A stretch of 64,000 nt of DNA from a virus, in IMG/VR virus record IMGVR_UViG_3300044510_000078. One strand, given 5' to 3'. The notes beneath the pieces were generated by a model, which saw only the letters and a list, made by a program, of their open reading frames with translations, did no database searches and was not told where the DNA came from. Numbering within the stretch: the stretch's first letter is position 1; each line of letters begins with the position of its first letter. Positions 58,101-64,000 of the stretch are shown here, one piece after another. The position numbers and the translations under genes were made by a program.

Positions 58101-60558
58101 ATGGACTTTTAAAAATCTTTGATAGTTGAGCGGGGATAGCCGCTATATCAAAATCCCCCCCGCTTGTAGTTCCGGCCACTTTTTCTCCAAATGCCAATCT
58201 CATCCCTGACTCGAAAACACCACCAACAACTGACTGGACCGCACCGAGAAGTCCCTTAGACTCGTTCATAGCTCTATGCATGGCTTTTGAAGCCGTAGCT
58301 TGGGATATGGCGGGACCAAAAGTGCCAGCAAATCCAGCAACTTGATTTATTAAAAATTCATTAATATTTTTATTTAAATCAATAGGAGGATATACCGAAT
58401 CTGGACTAAATCCAAATACCCCGAATGGTAATAAATGGCCACCAAGCCTTTTGATTCTCCTTCCTTGAATTGGGATTCGAGGTTTTGAATAAGAAAGCAA
58501 AGAATAATCGGAAACACTTAATGTCCTTATCGCCTCTGGAATATTTACTGATGATTTAGATAAATCTTTCTCTGTTTGTTTTTCTTTCGTGCTTACGTAT
58601 CCAGCTTGCGCTGCCTGTTCTGGTGTTATTTTTCCAATTCTTATTTGATGAGGAATTTGAAATTGATTAAATGTTTGTCCATTAATAGTATAAACATCTT
58701 TCGCAAAATTAGGAACCCACCCCCTCATGTATTTAGGAATAACCATCGAATCCCCACTACGAGTAGGCATACCCATCGCTCTAAATTGAGCGCCGGTGAT
58801 TTCCTTTTCGTGATTATTCATTATGAATGGGCGACCACCAATTGTTCCTTTACCCCATTGTGCCCTGACAGAAGAAGGAGCGCCCAATCTTCTAGCCGAA
58901 GCTTCTTCTATTGCAAAAGCTGGAACGTGACCAGCGGCAGAAGTTTTAGGAGCGCCAAATAAATTTGTTACCGAAGTTCTAACTCCAGACTTAACCATTT
59001 GTAGAGCTATATCCTGCGCGACTTTTGCCTGAAAAGCTAAAAGAGAATTTTCATCTCTTATACTCTGTAGAATTCTTTGATGCGCCTGTTCTACTGTCAC
59101 AGTTCCTCGATTTATTTCTTTGAGAATTTCTGGATTCTTCTGAAGATAAAGAAGGACTTGTTGTTGTATTAATTGATAATCTTTTGCGGATTGATTGATT
59201 CCCATGAATTCTCTAAAAGAATCGCCAGCAAATCTTGTCAATTTTTCAAAAAGCTTCAACACTGTAAAAGTCAACAATTGGACGCCGGGACCGCTCAATA
59301 ATTGCCCAAAAGATTTTAGAAATCCTTGAAAGATTTTGTCTCCAATTCCTTCTCCAATGGCAGAGTCTCCTATATTTTTCGCTAAATCTCCAAATGTATC
59401 CAAACCCCCTTTAAGGGTCGGAGAAAGGGTAATATTTCCCACGTTTGCCGCTGCTCTTGTAAAGTTATTTAATGTTTGAGTGAGTTTGGCGGAAATTGTT
59501 TGATTTAACTTATTATTTCTGTCTATCGCGTCATCAACTGTATTATTGGCGGTTTTAAGAGCTGAATCGTAAACGCTTACTCCATTGCCTAAGTCTTGCA
59601 GAACAGCTTTCAAAATGTTAATTTGATAAACCCCACCAACAGTTTCAGCAATTGAAGACCTTTGAGAACCGCTTAGATTGTCATATTGTCTAGCTAGACT
59701 TTTTAGAACATCAATTAACGGCAGCGCATTTCCAGAAGCGTCTTTAGTAGCTATTCCAACTTCTTGTAATTGAGAAATCACCTCTGGACGTTGCAAACGA
59801 GTAAAAATAGTCTTAAAAGAGTTACCAATAACAGCACCACCGCGAGCCGTAGTCTGTTGCGCTGTAGTAATTAAGGCAATAGTTTCATTTAGCGAAATGT
59901 TCGCTTCACTGGCCGAACTACCCACGCGTTTTATACCTTCCGCTAAATCTCCAGCGCTTACAGAAAATCTAGCGTCAACAGTTGCCAATCTATTAACAAG
60001 TTCGATAGCTGTTAAGGACTCTGTATTAAAAGAGTTAAGTGCGGCAGTAATAGAAGCAACGGCATCTGCATAATCAACGCCAGATAATCTACTTAAAATC
60101 AAAGAAGCCCTAGTCCTTTCCAATGTTTCAGCAGCAGACAAGCCCTGTCTCGAAAATTCTTGAGCAGCTTTCGCCGCGTTCCCAAATGATGTAGCGGTAT
60201 TGTTAGCTACTTCAAAAAGCCCAGTAGAGAATCTACTTAGTTCTTTCTGTGACAAATTAAGAATGGCATTGATGTCTGAAAGACTTTTTTCTACTTCAAT
60301 TGTAGAACCAAGCAACTTATCAAATGCAATTTTTACAGCGGCAATTGCTCCAGCAGAAGCTCCGAACGCGATAACACGAGCGTTAGACGCTTCAAGAGAT
60401 TTTGAGAACTCAGAGGCTTTTCCAGTGATTTTTCCTAGAGGCTGGTCAATTCCAGCGACATTCAATGAGCCAAGTCTCCTTGGCCTATTTAAAGCCCTAT
60501 CTATGACCTGTTCCAGCGGCCTTGGGTCACCACCCACTGTAAGAATAATATCTGGCAT
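52123..60558 (-). CDS. tail tape measure protein (TP901/PhageMin_Tail type), 2811 aa, with an internal cassette array
   Basis: VEKSLSDINAIL...AKAAQEFSRQGLSAAETLERT...IVNRLATVDARFSVSAGDLAEGIKR...GAVIGNSFKTIFTRL; long Ala/Gly/Lys helical tracts; located between chaperone-like genes and tail-tip genes. Confidence 0.92.
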   Translation of the reverse strand: MPDIILTVGGDPRPLEQVIDRALNRPRRLGSLNVAGIDQPLGKITGKASEFSKSLEASNARVIAFGASAGAIAAVKIAFDKLLGSTIEVEKSLSDINAILNLSQKELSRFSTGLFEVANNTATSFGNAAKAAQEFSRQGLSAAETLERTRASLILSRLSGVDYADAVASITAALNSFNTESLTAIELVNRLATVDARFSVSAGDLAEGIKRVGSSASEANISLNETIALITTAQQTTARGGAVIGNSFKTIFTRLQRPEVISQLQEVGIATKDASGNALPLIDVLKSLARQYDNLSGSQRSSIAETVGGVYQINILKAVLQDLGNGVSVYDSALKTANNTVDDAIDRNNKLNQTISAKLTQTLNNFTRAAANVGNITLSPTLKGGLDTFGDLAKNIGDSAIGEGIGDKIFQGFLKSFGQLLSGPGVQLLTFTVLKLFEKLTRFAGDSFREFMGINQSAKDYQLIQQQVLLYLQKNPEILKEINRGTVTVEQAHQRILQSIRDENSLLAFQAKVAQDIALQMVKSGVRTSVTNLFGAPKTSAAGHVPAFAIEEASARRLGAPSSVRAQWGKGTIGGRPFIMNNHEKEITGAQFRAMGMPTRSGDSMVIPKYMRGWVPNFAKDVYTINGQTFNQFQIPHQIRIGKITPEQAAQAGYVSTKEKQTEKDLSKSSVNIPEAIRTLSVSDYSLLSYSKPRIPIQGRRIKRLGGHLLPFGVFGFSPDSVYPPIDLNKNINEFLINQVAGFAGTFGPAISQATASKAMHRAMNESKGLLGAVQSVVGGVFESGMRLAFGEKVAGTTSGGDFDIAAIPAQLSKIFKSPLGLPLPIGRKAEFKSSDSDDARKSMAAKILKDRLGVSSLSLLNKSSRAPMLAASGYIPNFASQKTIEKVTQACANLPNGQSILEKLKEGIGLSDELFLYAASKLGVRVPTIGRRGTLGADELSNFIRQAQRRPNIVRSYTNPNLSNVESGIDQSLGSMFFQAGGGIANRGVSAYSYSTKLTADFGTKINSKLVSGLKAVYGQTKFGSRETSAANRPAYIDLRTIRNAKDAYQAFKVNMGMLKKMGYKQIRIDMPSFNADEELNSRAQFGSIKFVRSFLDKHGFNTKSFEKSSENAGAYGNYTNFRIGLASLGHIPNFAQRVFQDLDETLLTYGPEVGYADTFTPEKSIFHPSSKLTPHGEGLIGKQVEVLTARSSKENRAAIVNRLTKLGLFPKKVIGVGDMFNDLRINSIGRIKNTGGKNSPGYTKLNSAQKKALLLKRLQEKQGGEYHLNDDAIANIQAIARLGKSEITATLIHADSHRGGIMKSLGYIPNFAQDLIFKGRNVFQSRWLKEVLAKKGVKESDPQYMEQFVKSAKKFAKKYGHNQGLLSLAGGFTPDTSGPTVFRGTRSGRPTLPENLGRNSIGVANKLVAVIGQGNFTDNEKIAKLYNKNVISQKLSETDKILELGKYSDIVRLYKKYEHMLPKGLAAKIKNASGEEQLQLIQLAGRELTNILRAQKFTGIKAPFAEGDGNLFKTRGLSGSLFIPFSRGFIPSFSKVFNIKKLLESGGTLSQANRPHTEGLKNLLSYIGFDYDGEITKSGIGELFSSKTNKKKLYQFLKKNPISVRDFPENHREISDGNHRFTLAQIAGIKNVPSLSFGYIPSFGVSEAINREKKQSGLPYSQIYAFSNKKLISTGNPLGIGVANKRDEPIGGYQGINRYLSKGLDPRNAGRAKGFIPNFADDGLIGGVGASGLFGLTMFVNSLGNVKGLLDGTQKLKDSLEMLNKKVIESRGAFHKAKDERHAALQARAASVTRADFNNAESQRQLAEAKMVAKRKEIVETRTQVRDVEKSLSRKGAVEKWKSYATGGGFAASSAVSMASSLMDNTNPLKERTQELGNAMMTSAQVMMALPGPIGILAGLTIGIINVYEIYQKSLRDATYKIKTLESKIETDKKISQEGDKYLQLLSKQNEILSSDNADAESLNNVKRKLSATLRDMITLGGAGLAKKLQDTTSEKEKVKVIEEFREKSDKERSQFETASKYAEIYKNNKNIFFDSGRGRSAAELNVNSYAKGVLLSMDEEQKGKLDSFTSDSLNFETEGQRTESLKKLESIFGKAHAIFLSQLGGNDPLQFSILTSAIKALAITARNVNESLANETEEIKKNRIKKSLVNAEQELLTKAIKDYRSSIKAGFLRKIDSSLTDRRIGIDYASSFTGERFVREFETKETAINNIGQMFKKTLSEAVSSLDIESETKTKRKNPKTGKEEEVSINTDKTHITDIVSNMFQGIMKRGNTTEIMNSTNIMKRSLDDLMRGNQISKEERIYANKILEKINNDEMRDEFRKAADAIKISNFSYDKNQRLAFRGGASSFSNPDEARELNTNIARGASSFILGNNDIRSGRGALKLGQNLQKMLGTDYLGGKSGAGLRQIAAVGLEKSLNKDIRTQVLSLERALSRTKDPQKRGAILGAIEELMSAKSKTGLIAKEQINKELKSDKMPDDISSIAKGIQVLPSAIANELEKVLSPKFAKQQLDTNIADALARFREIANESQGLKTNFTDLRTAAAQTVALWNAHNKSLENQIKLINEIKSAALRGGENKPNPKLKEAENFANSLPEDDGKREFSKMDYARIAAAHSSLGGMIISSLFPSFLPEGVPTPADVAYQKMTGTEKEIKSINALRGVALGRAGLTEEDNIALQRLEKRRDILYRKVNVSSNSTERDSLNTQLKEINGYIKEILNKNRKSPSTNDSGNPTPSTNDSGNPNLSAVQPDTKLFLDIGFNLTGDEALVSLLSEKFEDNKEEFGEMIYNQLYSKFSSKFGEPTPATVTA
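52323..52382. repeat. perfect 2 x 30-bp in-frame tandem duplication in the tape measure 3' end
   Basis: TAGGATTACCACTGTCATTGGTGCTCGGAG twice; encodes PSTNDSGNP(T/N) twice. Confidence 0.95.
55393..58932 (-). repeat. dispersed peptide repeat G-[YFHW]-[IV]-P-[NSA]-F-[AGS], 8 copies plus 1 degenerate, inside the tape measure
   Basis: GHVPAFA 58912-58932, GWVPNFA 58702-58722, GYIPNFA 57919-57939, GHIPNFA 57148-57168, GYIPNFA 56617-56637, GFTPDT 56425-56442, GFIPSFS 55951-55971, GYIPSFG 55621-55641, GFIPNFA 55393-55413. Confidence 0.9.
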
Positions 60559-60584
60559 AAACCTATCCTAGTTCCTATTAAAAT

Positions 60585-60592
60585 ATTACACT
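60585..60592 (-). promoter_or_regulatory. AGTGTAAT motif, candidate phage late promoter for the tape measure operon
   Basis: In the 37-nt gap upstream of the tape measure ATG. Confidence 0.5.
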
Positions 60593-60595
60593 TAA

Positions 60596-61480
60596 TTAGC
60601 GAGTAACGTAATTCGTTTTTTTATAAATGCCGTCAGGTTGATTATTTTTATTCTTATTTTGGTAAATGGAGTGTTCAGTGTCATACCAGTCCACCAACTC
60701 TTTTACAGTAGTATCTTCGTGAATATCTGGCGGATTATTTTCTGAATTTTCTATTATTCTGATATTTCTTACTGTCTTGGAAAAAAGATTCAACTGATAA
60801 TCAGAAAAAGCTATAATTGGTTTCCCAAAAAACTCATATGGCCTATCTTTACAAAAGCTAATTTGGTTTATGACAAATGGAAGCGCCGCTAAAGACCCGA
60901 GACTTGTTTCTGAAAATTTAGAAAATGCCCTATTTTGTTCTTCTATTAAATTGTCTAGCTCAGACTCCTCTACGGCATCAAATTCATCACTAGAAAAAGC
61001 CTTTATTTTTAATTGTTCATCTTTATAGAACCCATGAAATACAAATAAAGAAAGCAAATATTTTTGAGCCAAAATATCAGCGGTAGGATTTAGTGCGGAA
61101 TACCTTTCCATTAACAAGCTGTTGAGTTCTTGTTTTTTTTCGGTAATTACTTTTTCTATAACTTTTCTTTGCTCTAGGAGTGGCATATTGGCCACGACTT
61201 TTGAGTTGTCAGAAATTAAGTATTTTAATTCTAGGATTTTTTCTTCTTTTTCGGGAAGCCAAACTCCTTGTTCGGCTAGGATTTTAAGTTTTTCCGATTC
61301 AGTTGGAACACCCTCTGAGTTTTTTAACTTTATATAGGCTGATTTTTTTTCAGCAAAGAATGAGTTATCTAATTCTGAAAAATGCTTTATATACCAACTC
61401 GTTTTTTCGCTAAAAGAATAGCCATTTACTATTTCCTTAAATAAGGAGCGAAAATTTTCATATTCATCATAGACTAACAC
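60596..61480 (-). CDS. putative tail assembly chaperone (second)
   Basis: 294-aa helical, charged protein immediately upstream of the tape measure; GTG start. Confidence 0.55.
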   Translation of the reverse strand: MLVYDEYENFRSLFKEIVNGYSFSEKTSWYIKHFSELDNSFFAEKKSAYIKLKNSEGVPTESEKLKILAEQGVWLPEKEEKILELKYLISDNSKVVANMPLLEQRKVIEKVITEKKQELNSLLMERYSALNPTADILAQKYLLSLFVFHGFYKDEQLKIKAFSSDEFDAVEESELDNLIEEQNRAFSKFSETSLGSLAALPFVINQISFCKDRPYEFFGKPIIAFSDYQLNLFSKTVRNIRIIENSENNPPDIHEDTTVKELVDWYDTEHSIYQNKNKNNQPDGIYKKTNYVTR

Positions 61481-61492
61481 ATGATGATAAAA

Positions 61493-62272
61493 TTATACCG
61501 GCTCTTCCACTACGACATAATCATCAAATTCATTACTATATAAGTCTTCCAAATTCTTAACGTCGTTTTGTGACAAAGACCCAGTTGTTGACCAATAGCT
61601 GACAAAATATGCAAGTTTCCTCATTACTTCATTAAGAAAAGCGTCGCCATTTTCTTCTGCTTTGTCGTATGAATCTAATTTCTGTTCATAAGAATCGCCC
61701 GTAAAGATAGGGACAAATTCTCCTTTTTCATTTTCAATTACGCCTAAGTGTAGCGTCCACCAAAAGACCGCTTTGTTTCTTGCTTTGACTTCCGCCGTTT
61801 GATTAAAGATAGAGTAATACGGACTCTGGATAGAATCAATCTGTTGTTGAGTTTCTTGCAGTTGTAATAGAGTATCGTTTTGTTTTTTTTCTTGTTCTGG
61901 AGTTTTAGGAGTAATAGCTGCCGACTCTAATAGCTGCCTGTTGAGGTCTTTTCTTTTTACGTCCAGAAGTTCTATGGTCTTTTTTTCGTCATCATTTAAT
62001 GCGCCGCCATCGTTGTCATATCTTTTCGCAATCATATGAAGACTTAACAACCCTTCTTTCATAAGTTGCGAAAGGGTTTTAGCATAGAAAGTTTCTGCGC
62101 CTTCTCTAAGTTTGCGCGTTGGTTTGATAAGTTTGACCTTGACAGGCTTGGCTTTTTTGATAGACTTTGTTACTTCGACTTCTTTCCCTTCGTCTATCTT
62201 TTTTTCTGTAACTTTGTCTTCAATTTGTTTTTTGACAACGAATTCGCAAAGATATTTGTTGACTACTTCCAT
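61493..62272 (-). CDS. putative tail assembly chaperone (first)
   Basis: 259-aa coiled-coil-rich protein between the tail tube candidate and the tape measure. Confidence 0.55.
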   Translation of the reverse strand: MEVVNKYLCEFVVKKQIEDKVTEKKIDEGKEVEVTKSIKKAKPVKVKLIKPTRKLREGAETFYAKTLSQLMKEGLLSLHMIAKRYDNDGGALNDDEKKTIELLDVKRKDLNRQLLESAAITPKTPEQEKKQNDTLLQLQETQQQIDSIQSPYYSIFNQTAEVKARNKAVFWWTLHLGVIENEKGEFVPIFTGDSYEQKLDSYDKAEENGDAFLNEVMRKLAYFVSYWSTTGSLSQNDVKNLEDLYSNEFDDYVVVEEPV

Positions 62273-62291
62273 AGATTTCCCCTTTACCTGA

Positions 62292-62612
62292 TTATTCTAT
62301 TGTTAGGACGGCGTTTGATACAGTTTTTTTAATAATCTTACGTTGTTCTTGCGCGGTTTTTAATCTTTCTGGATTGATATAAAAATCAAACACATCCAAT
62401 AAATTTGTAATTTCCCTAGAACACTCATTTCCAGAATCAAGTATTTTTTTTCTTAGTTGTTCTGATTTTTCTGCGGAAATTTTATTTTCTTTTTTTAAAT
62501 CGTCAAGAACATTTAAATAATACTTAAACAGTCTTGTGATTGATTGGTGGACTTGAAGATTAACAAAGTCCTTGTTATGAACGCCCTGTTCCTCAGTTGT
62601 GTAGTTTTGCAT
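62292..62612 (-). CDS. hypothetical helical protein
   Basis: 106-aa ORF (LFKYYLNVLDDL...LRKKILDSGNE). Confidence 0.65.
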   Translation of the reverse strand: MQNYTTEEQGVHNKDFVNLQVHQSITRLFKYYLNVLDDLKKENKISAEKSEQLRKKILDSGNECSREITNLLDVFDFYINPERLKTAQEQRKIIKKTVSNAVLTIE

Positions 62613-62628
62613 ACCTTATACCAAAGGT

Positions 62629-62637
62629 ATTTACACA
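62629..62637 (-). promoter_or_regulatory. TGTGTAAAT, variant of the candidate late promoter
   Basis: Directly after the terminator U-tract and 16 nt before ATG 62612. Confidence 0.4.
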
Positions 62638-62670
62638 AAAAATCCCGCACTGGACTTCTCCAACACGGGA
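62637..62670 (-). terminator. rho-independent terminator after the tail tube gene
   Basis: Minus strand TCCCG-TGT-TGGA-GAAG-TCCA-GTG-CGGGA followed by TTTTTTG. Confidence 0.7.
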
Positions 62671-62691
62671 AATTTGGACTCTTATAACTGA

Positions 62692-63519
62692 TTACAGGCT
62701 TGTTTGGTCAGAGAAGGTTACGTCAACGCCTTCTGAATTAAAGTTATACGTTGCGCCGACTTCTCCAGCGCCTTGATTGAAATTACGACTTACAAGTTTA
62801 GCATCATTAATTTGACATTTCAAGTGACCAAATTGAACAGCATTTGCTTGTTCGGCGGAAGTTCCTTCAATTGCGATTGTCCCCTTAAACGGAGGCTTTG
62901 CGACTTGAACGTTTGTTCCAGTTACTAAACTTTGCGCTCCGCTAATAACAGAATTGATGCATGAAATAACTTCATTTGGCATATCAAAAGAAAACTTCGC
63001 AGAACGAGGGCAAGTGTCAAACGAACCATCTGGTGTAGTCAAACTGATTTGATTAATAATAGGGGTCACAGCGGCCAAAGCGCTCGCGTGTTGTCCTCCG
63101 CCGATTGTAGTAGGAACTGCATCATAAGCAGGTTCTCCAACGCCAACGAATGACATATCAACCATTACGAAGTTACCTTTGGAAGCGTCAATACTTAGAC
63201 TTGACAAAATGCCCGACATTCCAAATCCATTTGGAACTACGCGAATATCAGAAACAGTCCCGGCCATAGAGTTGCCAGTCAATGTATTAATTATAGAAGC
63301 GGTAAGCGTGTGAGCATTGCCAGTGCCGCTGGCCAAGAAAATTTTAATATCAGATTTACAAGTTGCAACTTCCTTCTGGAAGCGTCCTGCTGACCCTAAT
63401 TTTCCTAAAATAACAATGTCTTCCACTGGAATAGTCGTTTCGCATGATGCGGATTGCACTGGAAATTGTTTTCCATCTATCGTTGCAATTTGGCTTGAGT
63501 AAAGAGTTCTTGCTGGCAT
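62692..63519 (-). CDS. putative major tail (tube) protein
   Basis: 275 aa, beta-rich and Ser/Gly/Ala rich; VQSASCETTIPVEDIVILGKLG pattern; has its own terminator (highly expressed gene); canonical tube-chaperone-TMP order. Confidence 0.65.
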   Translation of the reverse strand: MPARTLYSSQIATIDGKQFPVQSASCETTIPVEDIVILGKLGSAGRFQKEVATCKSDIKIFLASGTGNAHTLTASIINTLTGNSMAGTVSDIRVVPNGFGMSGILSSLSIDASKGNFVMVDMSFVGVGEPAYDAVPTTIGGGQHASALAAVTPIINQISLTTPDGSFDTCPRSAKFSFDMPNEVISCINSVISGAQSLVTGTNVQVAKPPFKGTIAIEGTSAEQANAVQFGHLKCQINDAKLVSRNFNQGAGEVGATYNFNSEGVDVTFSDQTSL

Positions 63520-63601
63520 AGTTTTTTCCTATTTTGTTAAAAGTGTCCAATATGTTTTACAGATAAAAGCCTCTTCTGTGAAATTAAAAGTCCTATTTTT
63601 T

Positions 63602-64000
63602 TTACCCATGTGACCTTAATGTAGAGACTTCGAAATCAATAAAAGAGACATACAAATTATCTCCGATATTTTTAATCTGAGAATTTGGCAAAACTTTTGA
63701 TTCAGAGACTTTCCAAATGGTAGATTTTTGCCCAGTTGCATAAGTTTCATAATTATATTGAGTCCCCGTGTATGCTCCGCGAGCGTCAAAAGGCGGAGCG
63801 TCAACGAAATTCATTGTTTTTAAATTTGTATCTTTTAAAATGCCAGCGACAGCATCCAAAACGTAGGTATTGTCACTAACAATTATAGCCCGAATGTCGG
63901 TAGATGTATTGTCCACGCCGCCCAAGGCGAAGGGCTTATTTTCACCACCCCTTTTTTTAATAAAAACTGCTGGAATGATATACGTATCTGGAGCCAATCC
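63602..64000 (-). CDS. putative tail terminator/completion protein, partial (start outside the window)
   Basis: Frame open to the right edge; LGGVDNTSTDIRAIIVSDNTYVLDAV; position upstream of the tube gene. Confidence 0.55.
   Translation of the reverse strand, partial: GLAPDTYIIPAVFIKKRGGENKPFALGGVDNTSTDIRAIIVSDNTYVLDAVAGILKDTNLKTMNFVDAPPFDARGAYTGTQYNYETYATGQKSTIWKVSESKVLPNSQIKNIGDNLYVSFIDFEVSTLRSHG

Noticed and set aside
61493-62272. Classical -1 frameshift G/GT chaperone fusion
   Set aside because: The downstream ORF is in the same frame, so a shift would not join them.
1504-63804. The many 60-130-aa ORFs nested in or antisense to long genes (e.g. 4036-4278, 21331-21669, 26727-27077, 52940-53278, 60200-60571)
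   Set aside because: Shadow frames of genes with clear family motifs; no recognisable domains or expression signals.
1-64000. Stop-codon reassignment (alternative genetic code)
   Set aside because: Genes pack densely in code 11 with intact domains, and TAG, TGA and TAA all terminate genes.

Overview
AT-rich 64-kb segment of a large tailed dsDNA phage genome (probably jumbo-sized and long-tailed; no capsid, terminase or sheath genes in this window). It reads cleanly in standard code 11. Left to right: (i) minus-strand block with tRNA-Glu(CTC), a tmRNA with a long basic tag, an RfaE/HldE-type heptose-phosphate kinase and class II ribonucleotide reductase (nrdJ); (ii) back-to-back sigma70 promoters followed by a ~370-nt highly structured non-coding candidate; (iii) a plus-strand operon with dNMP kinase, a phage sigma factor and a ~10-kb glycan-building cluster (GT4, three GT9-like, GT17, five SAM methyltransferase-like proteins, a SET-domain protein, Gmd); (iv) a replisome (RecA, DnaB, DnaG, PD-(D/E)XK nucleases, Pol III split into PHP, DEDDh exonuclease and DnaE core genes); (v) minus-strand tail/virion genes interrupted by a plus-strand island (Whirly-like ssDNA-binding protein, GT4-DUF4214-GT9 fusion, Rad52-like annealase); (vi) a 2811-aa tape measure protein, candidate tail chaperones and a candidate tail tube gene. 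Top leads: the tape measure carries a ~1180-aa array of enzyme-like cassettes (HAD, ParB/Srx, nuclease-like) delimited by a repeated G-x-x-P-N-F-A motif; tail proteins are strongly enriched in Ser/Thr-Gly alongside the glycosylation cluster (possible virion glycosylation); a novel structured RNA; a Whirly-fold phage SSB; and a recurring AGTGTAAT candidate late promoter. All protein-family calls come from motif recognition by eye; no searches were run.
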